DNA of 63,621 nt, filler included, from Octopus bimaculoides (GCF_001194135.2; 7 parts of 6 records of this genome joined end to end with filler, not necessarily neighbours in it); one strand, 5' to 3'; positions 13,361 through 27,063 are shown, numbered from the whole stretch's first letter. Numbers and translations are program-made. Notes: a model not told the origin generated them from the sequence alone.

Positions 13361-13530
13361 CCCCACTATTTACTTCCTTCCCAAATCCACAAGCCCAACA
13401 ACCCTGGTCGCCCCATCGTCTCCGCCTGCAAATTGCTCCACCGAAATAATCTCCAAGTACCTTGACTGTATCCTTGCACCCCTAGTGGCTTCCCTCCCCT
13501 CACACATTCACGATACTAATCATGCTCTCT
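13361..13530 (+). mobile_element. Penelope-like element RT fragment
   Basis: PTIYFLPK(I)HKPNNPGRPIVSAC(N)CSTEIISKYLDCILAPLVASLPSHIHDTNHAL, with two small frameshifts. Confidence 0.85.
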
Positions 13531-15182
13531 GAGTAACGGTAAAAGAGATGAGAGAAAGAACAGGCGTTGTAAATATATAATTATTCTTGGTGGAGAATCA
13601 GTGCACAGTATCACAGGTGTGTGTGATGAATTGTTTCTAGACATTTGTCATATAGCCGACGTTATATCTCTAGTTATATATCAAAGCTTGCAGATGCTAC
13701 TCGAGACATACCTCACACAGGTATTCAGTTTTCTTAAAATATGATTTTATTTCTACTACTTCAGTGAAGATTGTAATGTGTAGATTCTGTTCAAGAACTT
13801 ACATCGTATTTTTAAACGCATACTTTCATGGTTCTTTATAATGGTCATCTAATTAGTCAATATATGTGGTATATTTATCATTTCATGCTACCTTAGCTTT
13901 TAATTTTAGCTGTTCGGAAATCTAGTTAAATTCGCTGTACGAATTTCAATGCTAACTTGATTGATTTATTACCACGGTTCTATTAGCTTCCGCGGCGACA
14001 CCGATAAGAGTAGACGAGTAAGTTTAAGTGTCAATTAAAATCAAGAGGAAACCAATAATTACGTTTATAAGGATATTGATGAAGACTGAGAGAGAAGTAG
14101 AGGAACTGAGTGATAAATTATATCTACTACGGTACTGTAGCTCAGTGTTCTGAGTTCAATCACTTCCCGTGTTGACTATACTCATTCCGTTTAACCATCA
14201 TTCTTTCTTTTATGCAAAGAAATATAAGATTCTTGTGCCTATTGGAAAGAAATATGCAATTGCCTACTTACGATTTACTTTTCGAAGTTGCTTTCTACTT
14301 GAAATTCAAGAATAATCGCAGGAATTTAGATTTGTTGTCCAACACTATGTTGTCCTGTGTGATTTACGATATATGACATATAATTCTAGCTCCATACAGC
14401 TAATCATGAAGTGGTGCCTTAGGATCACTGATATAGAGAAAATATATTGATGTCTACTGTAATTTTTTTTTCTACTTCAGTAATATTTGTGCATATATTC
14501 ACAGTTTTGGCTGGAATTCGCATTCGCTGAAACACCTTAACGTACAACGTATATTGTTATTTTTATGACTATTATCTTTAATGTTGCTGTAGGAAGACGT
14601 ATTTCCATAGAGCTCCATTTTGTAAATAATTTTATTTGGATTACATAATGGAAAAAAAAATTTCTGTTGGTCGTGGAGTTCGAGCTACGATTTATCCAGT
14701 CTCCATTAATATACCTGTAGAAAGAAAGGTTTTTATTTTTGACACTGTTTTGATTTTATGGAGCTGTACGATATTTTTTTCTCTGGCAAGCAGCCATTTG
14801 CATTTTCTTTCTTTTAACATGGCGATGTCAGTGATGGAAGTCGAAGATATATATCACAACAATTGTAGAAGACTCGATAATGAAAACAAAAATACATAAA
14901 TAAGTAGATAAATAAAAGAGAAACCAACGCCCTCGAGTTTCATGTAAGGAAAAACAGACGATGTGACAGATGAACAAGCAAAAAGAGATGCTAACACGAA
15001 TACGGACAATTCCACATCATATATCAAAAATAAAAATAGTTTTGATAATGATAAATTGAACAATGCAAACAATATGAAAAGTCATGGCACGCAGGCATAT
15101 AGCAGCGGCAAGAACAATGTTGCCGTTGCAGACACTAATTCCATATAAAGCAGTAATAGTAGCCATAATAGCAACAACGAGA

Positions 15183-15274
15183 TCATTGACATAAAAACGA
15201 CAACAATATGAACAAAAGAGTATTTTTCGCAAGTATTGTAGGTAACAAGGAAAATACTGGATATGAACCAGGTC
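15183..15274 (-). CDS. Candidate terminal exon encoding a GPI-signal-like C-terminus (possibly contactin)
   Basis: Strong acceptor GTCTTTCATTTTCAG; phase 1 frame GPGSYPVFSLLPTILAKNTLLFILLSFLCQ*; small residues followed by a hydrophobic tail. Confidence 0.35.
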
Positions 15275-15585
15275 CTGAAAAATGAAAGACTGATCAGAGT
15301 ATGTCACAAAAGAGATCCCCCCCTCTCTCTCTCTGAGAATTTTGTACAAGAAATGAAATGATGGGGAGGGATGTGACATATTTCTGCTTCCATATACTCT
15401 TAAACAAGGAATTAGGGAAAATTCTAGCAGAGTGTGGCTAGATATGCCCTCCCTATGTGTGTGGCTGTGGAACCTATCGGAGAGCTTTCTTGTCAGAAAA
15501 AGAAAGAGAAACAGAGAAGCATAGCAGTTATAGCTTCCCTGAGGTGCGGTCAAGAAACTGTGAAACAATCCATCAGGTAACTCCC

Positions 15586-15732
<147 letters not shown>

Positions 15733-16675
15733 CTCGTTGTTGTTGTTCAGCACACTAACAGGGAAGTGTCTGTTCATCTTCTTAATCTTATTTAACCAAC
15801 TGTGAGGCTTTATAATATATAACTTTATTTACAAATAACAGCGGCCACATGAAATGAAGTGCCTTTCGTTGTCCGATTCAGGAAATGAACCTACGACCTT
15901 CTGATCGTGAGCCGAATACACTCTTTACAAAGCCACACGCTTTCACTAGTACAAGGCAGTTAGAAGCAATGCCATTGATTCCTTCATTACAACTTTTAGA
16001 TATACAACAGTTACTTTTTGCATTCTTTTCATTGTATGATGTCGTCAGCTTATGGTAGGAAAGCTGTTATCTAGTAGTGCGATGTCTTTGGACTCAATTT
16101 TAAATCTTGCACTTTCAAACAAAGCTGAACTTTTTCTTATCCATTTACGTTTTACTGAGTCCTGTCAAGAATTGGCCACCGAGGGGCTTTTCTTGCCAAC
16201 TTCCCCGCACAACAATTCCTAATCCTGTTTTCAGTTTGTTTTATAATTTTTTGAAACAATTTCTCCCGACACTACACTCTCCTCTTAGCTGTCTATTATC
16301 CCAGCTTTTGCAGTATATTTGTTGGCTTCACAAAAGACAGAAGACACTTCTTGTTGGCTTCTTTGGTTTCAGAAAAGTTTTAGTTTTACTCGGGTTTTGC
16401 AACTATTTGTATTAATTTCAGCTTTATACTTCATTATATATTTTTGTAGTCTTAAGGTAGATATTTTATAAAAGCTTTTTAGTTACTGAAAACTCCTACT
16501 TTACTATATTCATGCAAAATTTAATATTTCTGTGTCTTATAAATGCAGCCTTTATTTCATTATTTTTCTTCCTTTTTTATTTCTTTCTCTTTTGTTTCTT
16601 TAGACTTAAAGATCAAGTGGGTTCACTACATTATTCTTTTATTATTTGATTTGTTTCATGTTATTGCTTTACTTG

Positions 16676-16896
16676 TGGCGAGCTGGCAGAATCATTAGCA
16701 CGCTGGATGGAAATGCTTCCCCGTATTTCTCCCGTCGCTACACTCTGAGTTCAAATTCCGCCGAGGTCAACTTTGCCTTTCATCCTTTCGGGGTCGATAA
16801 ATTAAGTACCAGTTGCATACTGCAGTCGATTTAATCGACTGTCTCCCCCTCTCACCCAAATTTAAGGCATTGTTCCTATAGTAGAAGATTATTTTA
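16676..16896 (+). mobile_element. Full-length family A SINE
   Basis: GGCGAGCTGGCAGAATCATTAG...GAGTTCAAATTCCGCCGAGGTCAACTTTGCCTTTCATCCTTTCGGGGTCGATAAATTAAGTACCAG. Confidence 0.85.
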
Positions 16897-17073
16897 CTTG
16901 TTTCAGTCATTTGACTGCAGCCATGCTGGAGCACCGCCTTCAAGGTTTTTACTCGAACAAATCGAACCCAGGACTTATTTTTTGAGCTTAGTACTTATTC
17001 TATCAGTCTCGGTCAGGTTACGAGGACGTAAACACACCAACACCAGATGTCAAGCGGTGATGGAGGAACGAAC
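16897..17073 (+). mobile_element. SINE family B copy abutting the family A SINE
   Basis: TTACTTGTTTCAGTCATTTGACTGCAGCCATGCTGGAGCACCGCCTT...GTAAACACACCAACACCAGATGTCAAGCG. Confidence 0.75.
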
Positions 17074-17725
17074 NNNNNNNNNNNNNNNNNNNNNNNNNNN
17101 NNNNNNNNNNNNNNNNNNNNNNNNNNNNNNNNNNNNNNNNNNNNNNNNNNNNNNNNNNNNNNNNNNNNNNNNNNNNNNNNNNNNNNNNNNNNNNNNNNNN
17201 NNNNNNNNNNNNNNNNNNNNNNNNNNNNNNNNNNNNNNNNNNNNNNNNNNNNNNNNNNNNNNNNNNNNNNNNNNNNNNNNNNNNNNNNNNNNNNNNNNNN
17301 NNNNNNNNNNNNNNNNNNNNNNNNNNNNNNNNNNNNNNNNNNNNNNNNNNNNNNNNNNNNNNNNNNNNNNNNNNNNNNNNNNNNNNNNNNNNNNNNNNNN
17401 NNNNNNNNNNNNNNNNNNNNNNNNNNNNNNNNNNNNNNNNNNNNNNNNNNNNNNNNNNNNNNNNNNNNNNNNNNNNNNNNNNNNNNNNNNNNNNNNNNNN
17501 NNNNNNNNNNNNNNNNNNNNNNNNNNNNNNNNNNNNNNNNNNNNNNNNNNNNNNNNNNNNNNNNNNNNNNNNNNNNNNNNNNNNNNNNNNNNNNNNNNNN
17601 NNNNNNNNNNNNNNNNNNNNNNNNNNNNNNNNNNNNNNNNNNNNNNNNNNNNNNNNNNNNNNNNNNNNNNNNNNNNNNNNNNNNNNNNNNNNNNNNNNNN
17701 NAAAGATTTGGGTCGATTTGCTTAC

Positions 17726-17776
17726 CTCCAGATATAATTATATTGGTTTGCTCAACGTTTTTCATAACAGGAGATC
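17726..17776 (-). CDS. Candidate 51-nt symmetric (phase 1-1) exon GSPVMKNVEQTNIIISG
   Basis: Strong donor GAG|GTAAGC and moderate acceptor CTTAG; phase-compatible with the 15183-15274 exon. Confidence 0.3.
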
Positions 17777-18237
17777 CTAAGCGATTTACCGAAGATTCCT
17801 TGCTTTAGGTACTCTATGATTATGAATACATTTTGTAGAGGAAAGGCTATGTGACATATTTTTCTCTTTTATCTCTCTTACTTGTTTCAATCATTGAACT
17901 GTTACCACACTGGGGCACCGTATTGTAAACTTTAGTCGAACGAACCAACTTCAGTGCTTATGATTTCTTCAAGTTTGTACCTATTTTATCGGTCTCTCGC
18001 TCTCTTGCTGAACTGCTTTGTCTAACAATTTCTCTCTGTCTCTACCTCTTTCTCTATCTCTGTTTATCTGTCTCTTCTCTCTCTCTCACTCACTCACTCA
18101 CTCACTCACTCACTTAATAGTATCTTTTCGGTGTGGATTTCATCAGGGATTGAGAAGTCTTATCTATTACATTCCAATGTGCCAGAGACCGGTAATATTT
18201 CTTAGTAATATCAATTTATACTGGAAACAATATATAT

Positions 18238-18537
18238 TGATTATTATGTGTAGGGCGTAGTTGAACGAAAGACCAACAAAACTTGCAACAGCAAAGATGA
18301 ACTGAAGGCAAAGATTATGGCAGCATTCACTAACTTAAACAAGGTAGGCGTCCAGAAGAGATGCAAGAGATTCCGAAGTCGTCTGGAGGCTGAGATTGAC
18401 GCCAATAGCGATTTTATTAAATAAATTTACTCTTTAATATTTCAAGATATTTTTATGTAATTTTGGTAAATATATCTTAGAATGAGATGTCAGTATTATT
18501 TTCTTTTCTGCGTGATTTAGACGACAGAAAATTCCCT
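18238..18537 (+). mobile_element. Tc1/mariner transposase C-terminal remnant and 3' end
   Basis: IDYYV*GVVERKTNKTCNSKDELKAKIMAAFTNLNK...KRFRSRLEAEIDANSDFIK* (stop 18422-18424). Confidence 0.8.
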
Positions 18538-19915
18538 NNNNNNNNNNNNNNNNNNNNNNNNNNNNNNNNNNNNNNNNNNNNNNNNNNNNNNNNNNNNNNN
18601 NNNNNNNNNNNNNNNNNNNNNNNNNNNNNNNNNNNNNNNNNNNNNNNNNNNNNNNTATATGTGTATGTATGTATGTATGTATGTATGTATGTATGTATGT
18701 ATGTATGTATGTGCATATTTACAATTAACTGTTTATCTAATCTCTGAAAAATAATTTTGGGGTGTGTTCATATACTTTGCTGAAGCTACTGGTAGCAGCA
18801 CTATGCCTAGTAGTTCTTCTTGCTACTTCTGAGACGCTCAAATTTGCCAGTTGTGTAAATATGGCAAGTTGGTACTTTGCAAAAATATTTATATAGTAGA
18901 ATAATGTCAAATAAGTGAAGTACATGGTTGCTACACCCGTTGGTTCCAGAGAATCAACTCTTTTCACAACCCCGAGAACTGCTCCGAGAATGGCTTGAGT
19001 GAAGACATGCAAAGTGTTTTTGATTTCATTGCTACTAGCATCAGGAACCAATGAGGAATACATGGAGACAAAGCGAGCTTCTTCTTATGCGTACGATTGG
19101 CCAGAGATTATTAGTACCATCACCAATCGTCTTGTGTCTATACAAAAAGGAGAGCGAGACTGGCAAAAGACAGGAAGCAACCAATAAGGGAAAGGGATAA
19201 AACCAAAAGGGAGATGGAGAAAAAGAGATAAGAAAAGATTTTAAAAAAATCTAAAGACGCTGCCATAATGTACCATATAAAGTTAAAAAAGAAATCACAG
19301 CGCAAATACCCTTGGGAAATTGGTGAAATTGAAGCCAAAAATCTGTCAATCATAGTTTCCCCGTAACGATTACATGAAACTCTGAGTAACAGTTTGTGAA
19401 ATATTTCTCGGCTTCAATAAAATAATAGTTTACTCTACCTTTGTTAGTGAACATAAGCAAAAATGAAGCAAAAGGTAACTACGTAGAATCATGGATGCTG
19501 TTTACGTGATGGTTTCCCGCCTCTGTGTACGTGGGTTTCCCTCGTCTGTATTTATTTAAATTTGTATTATGTAAAAATATTAAACTCTTCTACGTCTATT
19601 TTGTTCCGGATTTTTATCTCATCCACACCGTGTTTCATATATCTTACATGTAGAACCCTAGCATGTTTTGTAATCCCTTCTTTTGTGTGACACGCGCTTC
19701 TACTGCAAATATAGACCCCTCGTATCAAATAAAAAAGCGATTATTATCATTATTACGAGCAGTGGCGCCAGTTTTGGGAGAACTTGTCAACAACCCTAGT
19801 CTCTAGTTGCACGGAGAAACATTTCATCTATTTCACTAACGTTCTTGAAGCAGCCGTATCCATAGCAACTATCCAGGAAATGATCCTCCCTATATCTGAG
19901 ACTTTAGGACGAAGT

Positions 19916-20112
<197 letters not shown>

Positions 20113-20370
20113 TTTCGAATGAAATTTTAATTCAGAAGCCATGTCGTATCTTATGCTCTCCTTGCCAAAGTAGCAGTCACGAATGCAAATCTATTTTCTG
20201 CTATCTAATATTACATAATGAAGAATTTCGAAAACTGTAATTGATACTTGAATTAATATAAAGGCGCGATTAATATCTCTTTTACTCTATATCATATTAA
20301 ATATTCAATTATACACATTGCAAATTTATAAAGAAAGATAAAGAGAGAAAGAGGTCGAGAGTGAGAGAGT

Positions 20371-20421
<51 letters not shown>

Positions 20422-20574
20422 AGGGGGAGAAGGATAAAACAAAAAGGAAAACAAAACTGGAAAACAAATATGGAACTAAACAAAGAAAAATAAAACATTG
20501 CATGAAATGAAAAACAGCCATTTTGATTCTGGTCACTGTCTACCAGAAACCTGCACTAAGATGCAATTTGAGCC

Positions 20575-20576
20575 AG

Positions 20577-20613
<37 letters not shown>

Positions 20614-20656
20614 AAAGATAGCGGTGGAGGTGGTGGTGTTGGTGATGTTGTTGTTG

Positions 20657-20688
<32 letters not shown>

Positions 20689-20705
20689 GGTGATGATGAT
20701 GATGC
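20575..20705. repeat. (GAT)n-(GGT)n-(GTT)n compound triplet repeat
   Basis: Directly visible. Confidence 0.9.
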
Positions 20706-21904
20706 TTGCGATAATTATCAAAGTCGGAGACTCACGAATAAGCTGATAGCGAGGAGGAAATTACGACAAACAGGCGAGAAGCCATTGATGTTGTTTGCTC
20801 TTTACTGCTGCCATCGATGGTGATGCTGGTGTTTTAATACTTGGAGGCGAAGAAGAAAAAGATGAAGACGACGACGAAGAAGAAGAAGAACAAGAACAAG
20901 AAGAAGAAATGGCTTGAGAGGGAAAATTAGAAAAAGGACTGAAGGAAATCACCGAGAGAAAGGACGCCAGAAATAAAATAAAGAGAGAAAGAAAGCAAAA
21001 AGAAAGACTGAAAAGAAAGAAAAGAAGGTAGGAATTAATAATAACAAATGTGAAGGAAAGAATGAAGAAAGATAAAGAAAAGTGGAGGCTAAAGTAAGAA
21101 TGAGTGAAAGAGCGGGGTACAGCGGGAGCATGTAAAAGAGCAAAAGAGGACGCAAGCGTTATAAGCAGAAGACATAGAGCTGGTAACTAAATAGGAAATT
21201 GGTTTGTGGGCGGAGAAAAATATTGATTATTGCAGTCAAAAATTAGCGTTATTTGGCTGTATTTTTCATTTCTAAACTCTAACGTCTTTAACAATAATAA
21301 CAGCACCAAACGCTGTGCTGCATAGACGAGCCATTGTTAAATATGCAAATAGATATTCACGAATAGAGAAATGCGTAGATGTTATTATTTGTATAAACCT
21401 CGTTAATGCGCTGGACGAAATGCTTTCGTAGGATTTATTGTTCTGACTTTGCACTGTGTCAAATCCTGCAGTGGTCAGCTTTGCCATTCATATTTTCGGG
21501 ATGAATGAAATGAGTACTAATCTAAAAGCGGAACTGTGAGAACGTCAGACTGGATGCTTTGTGGTGTTTGTCCCAGATTTTTACGTTCTGATTTCGTATC
21601 TTGGTATGGCCTACTAAAGTAGTAGACTTCAGCCATCGCCAGTTTTAACGCAATCACCCGGCAGCAATAACTTATGATCTATAGTGATGAAAGAAACATG
21701 ACAAGAGACACACAGCTAAATATATATAAGCTTTTAAACGCGTGGCTTGCTTCTGGTGGTTATTTATCATTAAAGGGAGAGAATCCCTTTTAGGTTAAAC
21801 AAAGTTAAGTTGAACAACTTGTCTATCTCATTTTCAACTATAAATCTTCAATTTTATTTTTTTTTTACATTCATTTCTATAGTATTAATTAACCATTTCT
21901 ACTC

Positions 21905-22075
21905 TAGGCACAAGACCCAAAATTTTGGGGGAGGGGGCCAGTCGATTAGATCGATTCCAGTACGCAACTGGTACTTAGTTTATCAACCCTGCAAGGATGA
22001 AAGGCAAAGTCGATCTCGGCTAAATTTGAACTCAGAAACGGCGTGCTAACGATTTTGCCAGCCAACTCGCCGCCT
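21905..22075 (-). mobile_element. Family A SINE with internal deletion
   Basis: Aligns to the 10441-10654 copy. Confidence 0.75.
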
Positions 22076-22454
22076 TTATAGTATCAATTAATAGAATTAA
22101 TTCTAAGCATGCTTCAATATAAACACAATCATGTAAACACACACATGTAGGCACACAACACAAAATATAATACCGCATAAAGAATATCACTTAAAATTAC
22201 TTCTTCATTCATAAGTGCTTGACAGTTTAAGGAGCAAACTGTTTTGCATTGTATCATTCACAAGTTTCCAATCAAACCGGTTGGTTTCTGCCAGCAATAA
22301 CCAAGTAATTATTAATGAGCATTTAAAAAATTAAAAGAAAAACAATAAGAAAAATCTCTGACTGGAGTTAAATTCATAGAGAGACTATCTGCATGGACAG
22401 CAACAGTTAAGATACTGTTAACATAACATATTCACTTCAATGAATGTTGCAATG

Positions 22455-22790
22455 TGGAGGCGCAATGGCCCAGTGGTTAGGGCAGCGGACACGCGGTCGG
22501 AGGATCGCGGTTTCGATTCCCAGACCGGGCGCTGTGTGTGTGTGTGTTTATTGAGCGAAAACACCTAAAGCTTCAAGAGGCTCCGGCAGGGTGTGGTGGC
22601 GACTCCTGTTGTACTCTTTCGCTCCAGCTTTCTCTCACTCTTTCTTCTTGTTTCTTGAGTAACGCTACGATGGACTGGCGTCCCGTCCACCTGGGGATGG
22701 GGGGGGGGTGCACATACACCATAGAAACCGGGAAACCGGGCCCATCAGCCTGGCTAGGCTTTAAAAGGGCGAAGAAGAAGAAGAATGCTG
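22455..22790 (+). mobile_element. tRNA-headed SINE family C with V-domain-like segment
   Basis: Head GGAGGCGCAATGGCCCAGTGGTTAGGGCAGCGGAC...GGTTTCGATTCC; GATGGACTGGCGTCCCGTCCA resembles the V-SINE domain; (GAA)n tail. Confidence 0.75.
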
Positions 22791-23259
22791 CCACACGCAA
22801 TTACAAATATCTGTGTAACGAGAAAAAGGAATAACTTGTTGACCAATATCCTATTCACTACCGGTTAACCTGGGAGACAATCTTGGATATGTTTCGGTTT
22901 TACAAATGATTCCTGGAAATACAAGGAAGGTTTTCACTGTAAGAAAATTACTATAATGGGCTGACTTATTGTTTAATTATAGTGTATTTTCTACCTCTCT
23001 CTCTCTGTCTCTCTCTCACTTCTCTCTCTTTCTCTCACTTCTCTCTCTCTCTCTCTCACACACTTCTCTCTCTCTCTCTCTCTTGTTTGGATTAGATTTT
23101 AGGAGTACATTACTTGAGGGTTGTTAATCTCGGTAAACTTCCAATAATAGCATAAAGGTGTACGCTTGAGGCACGGTTCAATTTTACCTATCTCATCAGT
23201 AACTATTGAAGCCTGTATGCATCATAATCGTTGTCATTACACCCCCCGCCCCATCGTCG

Positions 23260-23298
<39 letters not shown>

Positions 23299-23880
23299 CC
23301 ATGTTCATCATCACTAGTAGTTTTCTAGCGTTAATCCCAGTTCAGAGGTCAATTCAAACAATATGAACGTTTTAACCTTTGTTGCAGACAATAAGCAATA
23401 AGCTCTACCACAGCAGCACCGGTTCAGAGTAACAAATGTGTGTGGTGTGTGGGGTGTGCGTGCTTGTTGTTGTTAGAAGGGAGGGACTAATCTTATAGCC
23501 ACGAGAAAAAAAAAGGCTCCAAACTTCCACACAAGCATCAAAAATGACGTTAGAAACATGTTGTGAATTTATGGTTCCCGACTTCTTTATACAGTTTTGA
23601 TGGAAAACAGAAGCACATTACCAGAAAGAGAATCTGGTGGAACACTGATAAATTTACTTCCAAAGATGAGCAATTTTCTATGTGTTGGGTTGGGGCATGC
23701 TGAGAAGCAAAACATATCACTAAATAAAAAAACAACAGTGAGAACAAAATACCCTCTTTGTCCATTATCTTGAAGTTCGCTCCTTTCTATAGCTGTAGAC
23801 GCTCTCCAGTCTTTGTTATACATACATACTAACAGGCATACACATATATACATGCACACATACGTACACATACATACATG

Positions 23881-23930
<50 letters not shown>

Positions 23931-24168
23931 CTCACACATGCACAAGCGCACGCACATATATAGTCTTCTCTGTTCAATATTATATCCACAATCTTTTGTA
24001 TTTTAAAATACGTGCCAATTTCCTAGTCTTTAATTAGATATATGATGTATGTAATACNNNNNNNNNNNNNNNNNNNNNNNNNNNNNNNNNNNNNNNNNNN
24101 NTTAATTAATTAANNNNNNNNNNNNNNNNNNNNNNNNNNNNNNNNNNNNNNNNNNNNCCTTTCTGAAA

Positions 24169-25030
24169 TCACTGTGGATATATTTCGGCTATGTGCTTGA
24201 TAAATGTCTGAAAGTTCTCCCACGAATTCTCACACTTCATATCGTAATAATCACGGTACATTGCCTCATCAATATGTGACCATTTCATGTTACCACATGA
24301 TCCACTTTTATATTTCAGTCTACGTTTTATTCGTGACCAGAATGCCTCTACGCTATTGGTACATACCCCACTAACGGGATCAACAAAATTCTGTGAATGG
24401 TTCACGGTACCATGAATGTATCCCAGTTTCTGAAGATTTTAGTAACTGGGCCACATATCCGTGAAAATCGTAGTTCCTGGCTCCACATTTTCAATGATTG
24501 CAGCTTCTAGCGTTTCAGCCTTTCTATCGGTTATATGTTGCAAGTAGCCATTTTTCTGAGTGACATCGTAAAAGCCTATCACCCAAAACTTGTCAACCAT
24601 TCTGCCAACCTCATATTTCTTCTTGAAAAGCAGGCTTTCATCCACTTGTACAGTGTGGTTCAGTCCACCTAATTTTTTCTTATCTTTCAGTAACATGACT
24701 GAACATATTTCTCGGCAGTATTCGTACCATTGAATGGCCGTGTCGTTGCTAATATTGTTCCAACTCATGGAACAGGTTACTGGCAACTCAGATATAAAGT
24801 CTGCTATTATTTGAAATAGTGTAAACACTGTCAAGTGGCATTTCTCTAAAAAAGTATCTTTCCTTATAGAGATCGTTTTACTGCATGAATTACATCGCCA
24901 AATAACTCCGTCAATAGCACGTTGGAAAGATTGAATTTTCATTTGACGACGACAAGTACATTTTTTTTTAGTGCAATTAATTTGTTTTCTTTCAAAAAAT
25001 CCAGAAAAGTATCCTTCTGTAACCTTTTCC
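24169..25030 (-). mobile_element. Merlin (IS1595/ISXO2-like) DNA transposase, one in-frame stop, N-terminus in gap
   Basis: CTCRRQM..WRCNSC Zn-binding-like region, GGLNHTVQVDES, PGTTIFTDMWPSY*, TVNHSQNFVDP, TNSVEAFWS; ORFs 24439-25182 and 24169-24405 share a frame across TAA 24441-24439. Confidence 0.9.
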
Positions 25031-25318
25031 NNNNNNNNNNNNNNNNNNNNNNNNNNNNNNNNNNNNNNNNNNNNNNNNNNNNNNNNNNNNNNNNNNNNNN
25101 NNNNNNNNNNNNNNNNNNNNNNNNNNNNNNNNNNNNNNNNNNNNNNNNNNNNNNNNNNNNNNNNNNNNNNNNNNNATCGCATGACCGTGACATGTAGAAC
25201 ACATTATCGAAAACAAAAATCGCCAAAATTAAAAAATAAAAAAGTTACAGCCATTTTCCCTCAGTGTCTAATTCCAATGTCCACCTATATATGTATATAC
25301 ACGCACACACAAATATAT

Positions 25319-26238
25319 TGTTACGAACGCCCGCGCGGAGCACCTCAACGAAGAGAAAAATCGCGCGCGCGAACGTCGACGCTCAGTGAGTCAGGATGTT
25401 CGCCACTAAGCCCAGCCGGAGCACGTAACGATGACAACAGAAAGGAAGAAATGACACGGACCATACGTTGCGTACTGAAACTAACATTTTTTTTTTACAT
25501 CACAATACAAAACAACATTGCATAACAATAATTCAATAACATAGTACTTGCTTCTGAAATAACACATGCAGCAATAGCGTTTCCAAGCATTTAACAAAGT
25601 TTCAGAACAATTACAAAGTCTACAATCATTTTACATAATCATAAAGTTTACAATCAAAGTTCGTGTCTCAAAAGTCAATTAAAAGTTCTTTTTGCTTCTT
25701 TTGCTTTTCTCCAAAAACATGTAACAACAAAGTTCTCTCTTTTATTTTCTGCCAGTTAACAAAAGTTCTTCACAAAAATATATAACCAAACGCAAGTACA
25801 TTTTTCTTTAAAATTATAAGCAAAAACATTTACCGTAGCAAATTCAAATCTCCCACTACAATGACAAGAACTGACCAACGCAGTCTACTACAATCTGCCA
25901 CTCACTTTTGCCTGCCACAACAGTCCCTTCTCTCTCATTGACTCTATCCATTTCGCCCATTGTTGCCTTCTGTCAATAGCCTCTTTCTCTCAGTCTCTTT
26001 CTGTCAGACTTATCACCGACCGCTCTGTTCATCTTGCTTCTCTTCACTCACTACTGGCCGTCACATACTCGTTCTTCACTGGCTGACAGCTTGTACATCG
26101 ACTGCGATTCCATCTGGCTCCTCTACTGGCTGCTGGCCTTTACACCGAACTCGCGTTCTTCATCCAATGATTTTGTTTACACCAACTGCGATCCCCAAAT
26201 CTATGCTCTCGTATTTATGGTAGATACCGTACCCAACA
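25319..26238 (-). mobile_element. Possible solo LTR
   Basis: Minus strand begins TGTTGGG and ends CGTAACA; CpG-rich segment at 25320-25420; no matching TSD found. Confidence 0.3.
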
Positions 26239-27063
26239 GTGCTATATTACCCCCTCCAAAGCTGGGTCAGTTTAGTACAGTTCCTATTTGCTTTTTTTAA
26301 ACTTTCGATGACCGGAAAGGGTCAGAGATCACACTCCTACGCTATAAACAACCGTGCTTGTTGACAGGACAAAGGAAATACCATTTTTCTGAACAACTAG
26401 CAAACGGTTTCAAACTCAGCTCGTGGAATAGGGACATAACGTTATTTTGTTTTTCGGTGGTCGCATCAATATGTATGTTCTCTTCTGTTTTTAATTATAT
26501 CAACATTACCTATGAGGAAGGAGCTGGTTTGTAGTTAAGATACAACGTTACATTGTTGGAATTTAGATAACAAAAACAACGCCAAATGTATGTTTGTAAA
26601 TGCGTGTGTGTTGTGTATGCATGTATGTACCTTATATATATNNNNNNNNNNNNNNNNNNNNNNNNNNNNNNNNNNNNNNNNNNNNNNNNNNNNNNNNNNN
26701 NNNNNNNNNNNNNNNNNNNNNNNNNNNNNNNNNNNNNNNNNNNNNNNNNTATATATATATATATATATATGCATGAGTGCGTGCGCGTGTAAGTTTTTAA
26801 AATCTGTAACTTATAGAAAATATTTTATTATTTATGTATTTAAAATAGCTTGAGCATTAGGATGAGTATATAAATTTCCTGTTGTTGACATAATTTATAT
26901 ATGAACTATTCAGAAACCATAAAATCCTTTATTTGTTCAGCAAGTCGATACTTGGATATATTCTCGGTGGCCTGTCTTTAGGCTACTCAAACAGAAAACT
27001 TATTTTCAAGAAACACAAATCAATTGAAGTTAGTATATTATTTCTAAAATGTATTTTACTTAC

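Noticed and set aside
14645-14714. Minus-strand exon-like segment RYINGDWINRSSNSTTNRNFFFHY with a good acceptor
   Set aside because: No recognisable homology or securely linked neighbouring exon; the frame depends on a 9-nt homopolymer
15017-15568. 183-aa minus-strand ORF
   Set aside because: Spans decayed AAC/AAT-rich sequence with no domain; only the phase-1 frame after the 15274 acceptor was kept as a candidate
20533-21155. Poly-M/L/V/I/T/N/S ORFs
   Set aside because: Triplet-repeat and purine-tract translations
24102-24113. TTAATTAATTAA flanked by ~44 N on each side, recurring at 35253, 46992, 54852, 56580 and 60977
   Set aside because: Identical palindromic 12-mer with stops in all six frames, centred in ~100-nt spacers; an assembly join marker, not a biological repeat or CRISPR
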